Source: Haliotis rubra (Eukaryota). Taken from it: a stretch of 64,000 nucleotides of DNA. Under the pieces are notes generated by a model. It worked only from the letters and a program-made list of their open reading frames with translations, made no database searches and was not told where the DNA came from. The position numbers and the translations under genes were made by a program. Of this stretch, positions 1 to 11,329 are shown one piece after another (the first letter of the stretch is position 1; each line of letters opens with the position of its first letter). The stretch is taken from positions 62,001 through 126,000 of the forward strand of contig NW_025767431.1 in the NCBI RefSeq assembly GCF_003918875.1, written 5' to 3'.

Positions 1-824
1 TCTACAAACTCAAAAAAACTAACAGATGCAAGAAAGTAATCAACAACACTAGAACCCCTTTCTCCTACATAAGTAAACTCGCCGCCTTTGTCACCTTCAA
101 TTCTCCCGTTCAATATATACAGACGTCAAATATAACACAAATCCAATAAAATGCGTCCAAATCTATTAAAAGTAGAGTCATGTGACGCCCGCTGCTCGAC
201 AGGGGCATTGTCTTCTTCAATATATACATCATCATTACCAAAGTCTACACTTTGCTCAAAGATTGGATTATTTTCATTAGCTGTGCGAGCATTAAAATCC
301 CCACAAAGTAATACATGTGATGACGTGAAATCAGTCCAATGATCCAATATAGAAGCCTCAAGTTTATCAATAAGGCAACCAGAATTATAATTTCTGTTGT
401 AAAATGTAGAGCCTACAGGCGGAACATACATACACAACAACATGAAGTCATTAGTTAAACCAAATGTAACTTTGGGAAATTTTAAACATATCAAATTGTC
501 TATCTGTGTGTTAAGTTGAAAGCACTTGTTCACAATTTCTTGTCTAACACAAACACAAACACCACCAGAACATCTACCTGATGAAGATAGTTTCACTGCT
601 GGGACAAAGTATGTCTGATATCCAGGTAACCAGTACAAGTTCGCAAACTCAGTGATAAATGTCTCTGTTAAACACACAATATCAAATGACTTGAGATAAG
701 CTATACAGTCAAGGTCATCAAACTTTTTACCACTAATGTTCCATGATAATATTGACAGTTTATTGTTGCCGGTGCGCGAGTAGTTTCCATCCTGTGAGAG
801 AGGATCCTGGGCCTGGCCGCACTG
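1..824 (-). mobile_element. LINE ORF2 N-terminal AP endonuclease domain; degenerate, continues beyond the window
   Basis: Motifs SWNISG, DIVCLTET, GGVCV, YVPP, LLCGDFNAR, NRFG..LLDLC. After an in-frame TGA at 126-128 the frame continues LYILNGR..GEFTY..SSVVDY. Confidence 0.9.
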
Positions 825-1562
825 CTATCTCCTGTTATGAATGTCACTTCGCCTCGTTTGTCGACTGGTTTTCTCTGATCTTCCCGTGTCATGGGGTTGC
901 GCATCATTACGTGGTTTAGTCATCAGTTTACCATTTTTAAAGTAACCGATCAATCCCTGGGCCCTAACATCCTTAAGTTGTTGGCGTTGTCTGGCGGGTA
1001 AATCATTGGACACGCCATAACCGTTACTCTTAAGTGTTGCTCGTGATTTCAGAACCTCGATCTTGTCATCAGAGAGGCGTAGTTTAGCGATGAGCGGTCT
1101 CGGTTTAGAGATGTCAACACGTTGGGGGCCGAGTCGATATGATCGTATGACGTCATCAGCAATCCAGGTCTTAGACTTTACATTATTGTTCAAAATGTTA
1201 AGTACTTTGAACTTACAGTCGTTGTGCGACTCCCCTGTATCCTCTGCAAAGTTGTATACAATAATGTTGTCACGTCTGCTGAAGGCTTCTAGTTTGTCGA
1301 TGTCGCTGTCGAACTGTGATATTTTCTCCTCTACGTTTTCCATCTGGACGGAGATCAAGGAGACGTCCTCGTACATTATGTCCTGATTGTGACGCACATT
1401 TTCCAGATCACTATGGAGGTTTGACAGTTTTTTTTCGAGATCTGTAAACCTGGTGCTTAAATCGCGGACTTCTCTCGAGAGTGAGCTGATCTGGCCTCCA
1501 AGCTCATGCTTCACGTTCTGTACTTCCTTCAATATGGTGTCCCTAACTTCGTCTAGGGTCAC
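825..1562 (-). mobile_element. Non-LTR retrotransposon (CR1/L2-like) ORF1: coiled coil plus L1-type RRM-like domain
   Basis: 245 aa ORF with a heptad-rich N-half, then RRDNIIVYNFAED and PRPLIAKL motifs typical of LINE ORF1. Lies directly upstream of an AP endonuclease ORF. Confidence 0.85.
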
Positions 1563-1569
1563 TGGTCCA

Positions 1570-2609
1570 GTCTTGTAATGATAGAGTTTTCGCTAACTGT
1601 CAAAAGGCCATGCAAACCATAAATTCTTTGCGCTCATTGGGTCTTAACAGTACTGACTTACACCCAGTTACATGTGTTAATATATGGAAAAGAATGGTTT
1701 TACCTACAAGTTTCTATGGTTGTGAAACCATGCCTACGCTATATGGCAAATACATTGATCTGGTGGAAAATACCCAACGATATTTCACTAAATGTATTCA
1801 AGGGTTCAACAGACGTATGCCAACAGATTCTGTATGTGCCAACCTAGGTCTCTGGACAATGGTTGGGTACATTGACAAGTGTAGATTATTATTCCTTAGA
1901 AGATTATGTAATAACGCTTGTAATTCATCAACGGAAACACTGTTCTGTGCATTTTTAGCACTCACTGCTCACTTAAATATTAGCTCACGCAGTATTTGCA
2001 ACACTCTGTTGTGTACAGAACGGAAGTATAATCAATGGAAATTTAGACTCTCCATTAGAGAGGATATGTCCAGATATGCTGTAATCCATCAAACACTGAG
2101 TCTACATAGACTTTACACTCTATTGTATCTGTACCCAGAGTATAAAGACCATATACAACTTACTGTACTAGTCGGTTCTAAAGCCAAATTCTCAAAAGAA
2201 TGTATGCTTTGCAATAAGTACTGCTATGACCACGATGCCCACCTCATTTTGCATTGTGAATCTGTAATGAGCTAAAGATATATTTTTTTATACGACGCTA
2301 CTTGACCTACTGGACGTAGATTATATGCATTAATTGAAATGTTTGATGATGAAGATGCCATTGTACTGTTTTGTGGTGCAAAACTTCACATCCCTGGCCT
2401 TCATGAAACAGCATGGCAAACCATCATACTACATTTTTCGAACTATATCTATTCTTTAAATGATTCCTTGATGTATACTTTCTGAACTATCATTGTTGTA
2501 AATAACCGTGCTTTGTACATATCATATGTACATATATGTAACTGACTGATGTTTGTTTATGTAATCTTCGAATATACTTTTGGAGGAAATAAAGACATTC
2601 ATTCATTCA
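1570..2609 (+). mobile_element. 3' fragment of a CR1/L2-like LINE (post-RT region, 3' UTR, (CATT)n tail)
   Basis: ORF 1610-2275 with LPTSFYGCE and C-x2-C...H-x4-C; AATAAA then CATTCATTCATTCA. Near-identical to 8684-9724. Confidence 0.85.
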
Positions 2610-2689
2610 CTGCCGAAGTGATATAAGTCGCCCAAGTATAGTGATATAAGCTGTTTACGTATAATGTCATGGCTATTTAACTACAGTGC

Positions 2690-2940
2690 CATTAATTTGC
2701 AGAAGCCCGAGGTCTTCCATTAACTTCCCTCCTTCGTCGGGCAGTTAAGCGAAGACCTCGGGCTTCTGCAAATGATAATGCCCTCAAAAATAGCATTACC
2801 CTTACATTATAGCTAAAATACATGGAATTATAATGAAACGGCCCTTCCATTATCAGAAATTTGCGGTCCGCTGCAAATGATATTGGACCGCTCAACCTTA
2901 ACGACGGGCCACTATCAGTTCTGTTGTTAAGTGACGTCAT
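2690..2940. mobile_element. Hairpin-bearing non-autonomous element, present only in duplication unit 1
   Basis: Inverted repeat ATTTGCAGAAGCCCGAGGTCTTC...GAAGACCTCGGGCTTCTGCAAAT at about 2696-2773. Absent at the homologous position near 9808. Confidence 0.55.
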
Positions 2941-3377
2941 AGTGTGCGCTGCTCATACATTACCAGTTGGTCACATCAAGGTGAAAGGATAATCTTACCT
3001 GCTGGTACTGTTCCAGTAGTAACTCCTCATTAATTTTCTAGCATAATGTATGGTGGCTAATCCAGTATAGTGAATTTCGGTTTTACTTTCTGTTTGGTTT
3101 CGGGTTTAAGGAAGAATCAACTAATTCCTAGAAAGCATACAATCAATATGAAAGCAAATACAGTGTATCAAATACTATATTGTGCATATATTGTCAGAGA
3201 GAACTGTTCCAGCTATCACGTGGGAATAAATGATTTGAAGCCACGTTCGTGTACAGAAATATCCATGCATCGAAAAATGTTAGGAGCGTTTGCCAACACT
3301 TGGTTGAGGTTAAGTCCGCATTGAACTGGGGTTTATTGCATCTGAAAGCATTTGCTGCTGATCGCATGTGTGTATCA

Positions 3378-3985
3378 CTTGTTAATTAAAGGCAGGATCG
3401 TGTGTGGCTATTTGTTACTTAAAGGCAGTATCGCGTGTGGCTACTTGTTACTTAAAGGCAGTATCGCGTGTGGCTACTTGTTACTTAAAGGCAGGATCGT
3501 GAATGGCTGTTTGTTACTTAAAGACAGGATCGTGAATGGATATTTGTTACTTAAAGGCAGGATCGTGTGTGACTATTTGTTACTAAAAAGGCAGGATCGT
3601 GTATGGGAATTTGTTACTTAAAGGCAATATCGTGTGTGGCTACTTGTTACTTAAAGGCAGGATCGTGTGTGGCTATTTGTTACCTAAAGGCAGTATCGTG
3701 TGTGGCTGCTTGTTGCCTAAAGGCATGATCGTGTGTGACTATTTGTTACTTAAAGGCAGTGTCGTGTGTGTCTATTTGTTACTTAAAGGCAGTATCGCGT
3801 GTGGCTACTTGTTACTTAAAGGCAGGATCGTGTGTGGCTATTTGTTACCTAAAGGCAGTATCGTGTGTGGCTGCTTGTTGCCTAAAGGCATGATCGTGTG
3901 TGACTATTTGTTACTTAAAGGCAGTGTCGTGTGCGGCTAGTTGTTACTTACAATCAGTATACCGTGTGTCCTACTTGTTACTGAA
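3378..3985. repeat. 33-bp satellite, short array (~18 units)
   Basis: Unit AAAGGCAGGATCGTGTGTGGCTATTTGTTACTT with variants. Confidence 0.95.
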
Positions 3986-5598
3986 AGAAACAGGCGGTGT
4001 GATAACCTAGTGATTAAAGCGTTTCAAGCTCGCGACTTCCTGTCCCATTTCGGATTGAGGTTTGAACATTTTTAACAACATTTTCGATTCAGACATTGTA
4101 CAAATAAAGGCACACGCGAGGACAGACCGGGGTAGCTGAAGGCTGTTTTAATGCATTCTGCGTTGAACACGAATGCACTTCAGACAATTCCTATCCTTGT
4201 AAGGCCAACGTTTATCAATTCAAGTGTGACGTGTTATCTGTTAAGTTGTGAGGGATGATATGTATTATAATAAACACACGCACTTTCTCACGCGCGCTGA
4301 GGTGTATCATGGAAGGCGTGTTACGGTCCAGTGATGAATATTGTTATTGAGCACAGATGACAAAATGAACTGTGTTATGAAATAGACATGGCAGTATGTA
4401 TTCTCTTCATCTCGCTGGTCGTTGAGAATATCAACGAGCATATTTCGTCAACCTTCGCACCGAAATGCTCTCACATCAATCATTACTCAGGTTTATGGTC
4501 CAAAGAATCAGCTGTGTTACATGAGTATATACAGTGAGTGAGTGAGTTTGGTTTTACGCCGCTTTTAGCAATATTCCAGCAGGGGACACCGTAAATGGGC
4601 TTTACACATTGTACCCAGAGTATATACAACATTGATAATCAAATTGGCATATGTAGGAAAGATGTTTATCAAGTTTACCTAACAATTGTATGAATACACA
4701 ACTCTGAGTGTGTCGGTTCGAACTTGTACTAGAATCTGTACGTTACTAAGAAAGTGTAGTCCCAAATATAACATATGTCACATTTGACCACTTTCTAAAT
4801 GACATTGTGTATTCATAGCTTCGGCCGTGGGAGCCGTGCCAATTTACATTTGTCAGAGGGGTACACAGAGTCCTTGGTCTAGACTACCAGTTGTCCTACT
4901 TCCAGTGTGTTAGATGGCTGACTTTGTGTGCTCGCAATTAGGTGCCTGATTCTGAGGCTGTGGATTAGAACCCCTGATGGGACCCAACCCACCAAGAGTA
5001 CTTGAATTTGTACTTTACTGAGATAAACCTCTATGGTATGGTGTGATAAGTACAGTGGGCCGTGCATACATTCCAGGCACTGTACAAACCCTTGACCTTT
5101 ATCACATCTGCTGTACCCTCGATCTAACACACCACGAGTTTAACCGGCGTGAAGGGGAACCCCCTTCTGCTGAATATAGAATGGGTTAAACCCAGAGGGA
5201 ATCAGTAAATCCGAGGAGTATGTGTTGTAAATGAACCCGAGCGGCTTTAGGGTGAGCATCAACAAAAGTTCCATAAATGGTATGTGAGTTTAAGATCACA
5301 ATGATTCTTTATCGTAAGATGTAGATCAAGAATATGTTTAAGACAAACATTTTTCTATATTTGGTATAATTTCTCAGACCAAACGTTTAAAGATCACGTG
5401 ACTACATGTTACGTCATACAAAGATACTCCACACGTTGTCATTCATTTGGAGTCGACAAGGGTTGTCGGACACACGCCACCGACAGCGAGGGGCTCGTCT
5501 TCCTTTCCATAAAGCACATCCATAGCGTATGATTAAATGATCCTTTTCCGAGTTGCCGGCTATTAGAAGCTGAGCTGGGACTTCTGAAACACTCCATC

Positions 5599-7007
5599 AT
5601 GGATCGATTTCTACTGGGGATTCTTGTTGTGACTGTGGTCGTGTCGGTTGAGACAAGGTCAACATGTGGGCGTGGTCAGTTCCTGGACCCAGACTCACAC
5701 ATGTGTGAATACTGTAGCATGGTGTGTGATCACATGGAGATACAGAACACTGCCAGTAAATGCAACAATAATTGTCCAGGTGAGATGTATGAGAGGCTGT
5801 ATCATTACTAGTATCAATATTGATCTTATATATGTCAGTTATGAATGTTTTATCGGATGTATTTATATATACAATGTATCTAGATGTAAATACAATTTAT
5901 GTTCATTAATTGTGATGCATGAAGCAATATACACTCCAATAGGCTCTTGGTCACACGTTACACACAGTCCGTCAACTAACCGGATTAACCGAGTTATTGA
6001 TTAACAGTGTGCTATAAATAACTAAGCTAGACAAGAAAGCATGAATGGATTATAACAACTCTACTGCTTAACCCGGGGAGGTGATCCGACATGTGTGTTG
6101 TTTAACCTGCTTTTCAGCGCAAAGGACGGATTAACCTGAGTGGGTGTGTTTCAACATGCGCCTTGGGATGAACCTAAAACATGGTGGTGAATCTCTTAAA
6201 TGAAAAACACAACTGGACGCTTATTACTTATGTCTACTTCACTGTTTTACTTACAGCTAAACACTGTTAAATCCAAAGCCACTATCATCATATATTATCT
6301 AAGACTATGCTACTTTGTCACCTAGGTCGACACTCGCACATATCTTCGATTGTCACGAGGCATTCAATTTAACTAGGTTTCACTAATTTTAACACAAGGG
6401 AATAAAATTCCCTGTCTTCTTTTAATCACCAATATGTAAGCGAACAGTATGATATATAATTACCTGACCACTATTCACAGATTTCCTTGCAAAGACTACC
6501 TCGACTACAGGATCAACTTGGGTTTCAACGCTTCCAGCTCCAGCTGGTCTGAAAGATGTAGAGACTACATCAAGGACGAATTCACCTTCTAGTCTGGCTG
6601 TGGTCGTACCTGTTGTCTCAATTGCAGCTGTCGTCGTCATCCTTGCTTTATCACTCTACCACAGACAGAGGTTGCACCAGATGTGCTTGAAAGTCCAGTG
6701 TTACTGCCACACCAAACGTCCTGTGCAGGTGGTCGATGGTGGCAATGGTGGACCTGACGACGTCCCAACACCAAATGGTTTGAATATGTATTACGTTGTC
6801 TAATAAGTTGAATACGTTGTGTCAAAGTTGAATATGTTAGGTCATAAGATGAAAACGTTGTGTTATACGTTGAATATGTCAGGTCATAAGATGAAAACGT
6901 TGTGTTATACGTTGAATATGTTCAGTCATAAGATGAAGAAACTTTACTGCGTTGTCATAACCATGGCGATTAAATGTTTCCTCTTTCAAGAGAATAAGCA
7001 TAAGTAG
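5599..7007 (+). CDS. Receptor A1: single-CRD TNF-receptor-like type-I membrane protein (TACI/BCMA/Grindelwald-type)
   Basis: Exon 5599-5779: signal MDRFLLGILVVTVVVSVET + CGRGQFLDPDSHMCEYCSMVCDHMEIQNTASKCNNNCP, phase-1 G|GTGAGA. Exon 6481-6777: ttcacag| S/T stalk, TM VVVPVVSIAAVVVILALSLY, tail with PVQVVD, phase 1. Putative last exon 6991-7007 (ENKHK*) is uncertain; without splicing the frame stops at 6803. Confidence 0.85.
6802..6937. repeat. 42-bp minisatellite in intron 2 of A1 (~3 units)
   Basis: Unit AAAACGTTGTGTTATACGTTGAATATGTTCAGTCATAAGATG. Confidence 0.85.
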
Positions 7008-8203
7008 TCATATGTAAATAAACGATGACAGTGTTCGCGGTAGGAAAAAAAAAGCTTTGCGTTCCTAAATAGCATAGCCCAAGAATTTTTGGGCATGCAC
7101 AGAAGGAGTATGCCCCAACCAGAAAGCGGCGACGTCTCTTGGGGAGTCACTTCCTTGCATTTCAGAGATTGTTGTCATCATTCGTAAATCAAATAAGCTG
7201 AGAAAATGTTTATTTTATTGTTTCCTTGGGGAGCTTATGTACGTTTTTCGGTTACTTGTTCTCAGAACACAAAATGCTTTGCGTGCAGAACACGCAGGTT
7301 TTTTTGCGTTAACGCGAACAAAAATAAATCAGTGATGTATGTGCTACGTCTTTTGCGGCCTCTTCAACGAGCGATATCTCAATGGTCTGATCGTGAATAC
7401 GTTTCCTTCTAGAAATCCTGATGTGTGACGTCACAACGATGGATCGCAACTGACGGTGATCTTCAAAGAAACTATGGAGACATCTTTCACGTTGCATGAC
7501 AGAGGGTCATCTGTGACACAAACAATTCCAGACATTGTATATTTGTGGATCATGGAAATTCTAGGCCACCTGAAGATATTGAAGTACAGTGTCCATGAAT
7601 ACAACGCGAATCATCATCATCATTTTCTTCTTCTTCATGATCATCATAATCATCATCACCACTCGATTCCGATCTCCATATCGTTTTGTATATTTCCTAA
7701 CAAAGAGCTTTTATCTATTCATTCAATTATTGATGTTTGTTCATACAATCAACTTCTTTATTTCTGTAAATAAACAGTTAAAAACAACATAGCGTGTTTT
7801 GTCTTCATTTAATGTGCTAATGTTTCGATAAATCCGCAAAGAAAAGAAATCATTTTTAACTTAACTACCTCCTCGTAGCTAGTCCCACCTGGGAATTACA
7901 CATTTCTAGAAACGGCTACAGTGACCAGCATATCAAACAGACCAACCTTGATGTCAATGGATGGCACAGGTAACGGGATAGATATTCGCCGGATGCATGC
8001 ACACTGTCATTTCCAATATAGCATGTCAATAGTCACCGTTTACATTTGTTATTATCCCCAATCGCGCCTTTAGCGCTAAGCGGGGGGTGTAGTATTAATT
8101 ACTACGTCCGTATGTACGAATTGGAATATCGTAAGAACCATTCACTAGATTCTTTTCATATTTGGTACCTAGGTTCATCACAGTAAAAGAAAGGTCCAGG
8201 TCA

Positions 8204-9724
8204 GCTCTTCTTTTGTAATGTACCACGAAAATAGCTCAGACACATCTGAAGTAAAACAAGGTGTAGGGCAAGGTAGAGTCTTGTCTGCATGGTTCTTCCT
8301 TGTCTCCATAAACGATTTACTATCTGAATGAAGACTAAAGGCCTGTTTATACGGCGACATTTGCACATGTGTATATTTTCGCCGTATAAACAAGCCTTTA
8401 GTAACAATGGTATATGTGTATATGGTATTGATGTACCATCAGTCCTGTTAGCCGATGATACGACACTGTTCAGTACCAATCTGTCTGGGCTGCAGAATTC
8501 ACTTCATATTGTTTCAGAATATGCTTCCAGATGGCGGCTATCATACAATGCATTGAAAAGCACTGTTGTAGTTTTTCGGAAAGGGAAACAATCTTGTCCT
8601 GAGCTCTCATTCTCCCTTTGCGACACCTCTATTAATATACGTCCATCAGTAAAATATGGTGGCATTCTACTCTCATTAGATCTGTCTTGTAATGATAGAG
8701 TTTTCACTAACTGTCAAAAAGGCCATGCAAACCATAAATTCTTTGCGCTCATTGGGTCTTAACAGTACTGACTTACACCCAGGTACATGTGTTAATATAT
8801 GGAAAAGAATGGTTTTACCTACAAGCTTCTATGGTTGTGAAACCATGCCTATGCTATATGGCAAATACATTGATCTGGTGGAAAATACCCAACGATATTT
8901 CACTAAATGTATTCAAGGGTTCAACAGACGTATGCCAACAGATTCTGTATGTGCCAACCTAGGTCTCTGGACAATGGTTGGGTACATTGACAAGTGTAGA
9001 TTATTATTCCTTAGAAGATTATGTAATAACGCTTGTAATTCATCAACGGAAACACTGTCCTGTGCATTTTTAGCACTCACTGTTCACTTAAATATTAGCT
9101 CACGCAGTATTTGCAACACTCTGTTGTGTACAGAACGGAAGTATAATCAATGGAAATTTAGACTCTCCATTAGAGAGGATATGTCCAGATATGCTGTAAT
9201 CCCTCAAACACTGAGTCTACATAGACTTTACACTCTATTGTATCTGTACCCAGAGTATAAAGACCATATACAACTTACTGTACCAGTCGGTTCTAAAGCC
9301 AAATTCTCAAAAGAATGTATGCTTTGTAATAAGTACTGCTATGACCACGATGCCCACATCATTTTGCATTGTGAATCTGTAATGAGCTAAAGATATATTT
9401 TTTTATACGACGCTACTTGACCTACTGGACGTAGATTATATGCATTAATTGAAATGCTTGAAGATGAAGATGCCATTGTACTGTTTTGTGGTGCAAAACT
9501 TCACATCCCTGGCCTTCATGAAACGGCATGGCAAACCATCATACTACATTTTTCGAACTATATCTATTCTTTAAATGATTCCTTGATGTATACTTTCTGA
9601 ACTATCATTGTTGTAAATAACCGTGCTTTGTACATATCATATGTACATATATGTAACTGACTGATGTTTGTTTATGTAATCTTCGAATATACTTTTGGAG
9701 GAAATAAAGACATTCATTCATTCA
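8204..9724 (+). mobile_element. 5'-truncated CR1/L2-like LINE (RT C-terminal part to (CATT)n tail), frameshifted
   Basis: RT motifs KQGVGQGRVLS and LLADDTTL, then WRLSYN..KS. Frameshift near 8720. Same 3' end and 3' flank as 1570-2609. Confidence 0.88.
8338..8398. mobile_element. 61-bp hairpin MITE with TA target duplication, inserted in the LINE RT
   Basis: TA|AAGGCCTGTTTATACGGCGA...TCGCCGTATAAACAAGCCTT|TA. Confidence 0.7.
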
Positions 9725-9968
9725 CTGCCGAAGTGATATAAGTCGCCCAAGTATAGTGATATAAGCTGTTTACGTATAATGTCATGGCTATTTAACTACA
9801 GTGCCATTAATGATTAAAATAGTAACATAGCCTGTTAAAGAATAGCATCATGGTGTATAAATGCAATGTCATTAATAATCAAGAATAGTGATATAAGCTC
9901 TTAGATAATAGTGTCATGGGTGTGGAATTATAGTGATATGGCTGTTCATATGCTGCAAATGGATATTC

Positions 9969-10838
9969 TGTATAGTGTCATGGCCGTGGAAGTATGACCA
10001 TGGAAGAAGATCAAGTATAATGTCATGGCTGTGTAAGTATGGCCATAGAAGAAGTTCAGGTATAGTGTCATGGCTGTGGAAGTATGACCATAGAAGAAGT
10101 TCAAGTATAGTGTCATGGCTGTGGAAGTATGGCCACAGAAGAAGTTCAGGTATAGTGTCATGGCTGTGGAAGTATTACTATAGAAGAAGTTCAAGTATTG
10201 TGTCATCGCTGTTGAGGTAGGACCATAGAAGAAGTTCAAGTATAGTGTCATGGCTGTGGAAGTATGGCCACAGAAGAAGTTCAGGTATAGTGTCATGGCT
10301 GTGGAAGTATGGCCACAGAAGAAGTTCAGGTATAGTGTCATGGCTGTGGAAGTATTACTATAGAAGAAGTTCAAGTATTGTGTCATCGCTGTTGAGGTAT
10401 GACCATAGAAGAAGTTCAAGTATAGTGTCATGGCTGTGGAAGTATGGCCACAGAAGAAGTTCAGGTATAGTGTCATGGCTGTGGAAGTATTACTATAGAA
10501 GAAGTTCAAGTATAGTGTCATGACTGTGGAAGTATGACCATAGAAGAAGTTCAAGTATAGTGTCATGGCTGTGGAAGTATTACTATAGAAGAAGTTCAAG
10601 TATAGTGTCATGACTGTGGAAGTATGACCATGGAAGAAGTTCAAGTATAGTGTCATGACTGTGGAAGTATTACTATAGAAGAGGTTCAAGTATAGTGTCA
10701 TGACTGTGGAAGTATGACCATGGAGGAAGTTCAGATATAGTTTCATGGCTGTGGAAGTGTTACTAGAGAAGAAGTTCAAGTATAGTGTCATGGCTGTGGA
10801 AGTATGGCCATAGAAGAAATTCAAGTATTGTGTCATCA
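9969..10838. repeat. 45-bp minisatellite (~19 units)
   Basis: Unit TATAGTGTCATGGCTGTGGAAGTATGACCATAGAAGAAGTTCAAG. Confidence 0.95.
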
Positions 10839-11329
10839 TTATGTCATGACACTACGTCTTCGAAGTCATGAATCAGTGATTGAAATGAACTGCCTGAGCG
10901 CTGCTCATTCATTACCAGTTGGTCACATCAAGGTGAAAGGATAATCTTACCTGCTGGTACTGTTCCAGTAGTAACTCCTCATTAATTTTCTATCATAATG
11001 TATGGTGGTTAATCCAGTATAGTGAACTTCGGTTTTACTTTCTGTTTGGTTTTCGGGTTTAAGGAAGGATCAACTAATTCCTAGAAAGCGTACAATCAAT
11101 ATGAAAGCAAATACAGTGTATCAAAAAACTATATTGTGCATATATTGTCAGAGAGAACTGTTCCAGTTATCACGTGGGGAAAAATTATTTGAAGCCACGT
11201 TCGTGTACAGAAATATCCACGCATCGACAAATATTAGGAGCGTTTGCCAACAGTTTCTTGGGGTTAAGTCCGCATTGAACTGGGGTTTATTGTATCTGAA
11301 AGCATTTGCTGCTGATCGCATGTGTGTTT

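Noticed and set aside
7456-7792. His-rich and Ile-rich ORFs (also 34276-34593)
   Set aside because: (CAT)n low-complexity tract in the presumed 3' UTR of gene A.
9933-10839. 297 aa repetitive ORF
   Set aside because: Translation of a 45-bp minisatellite.
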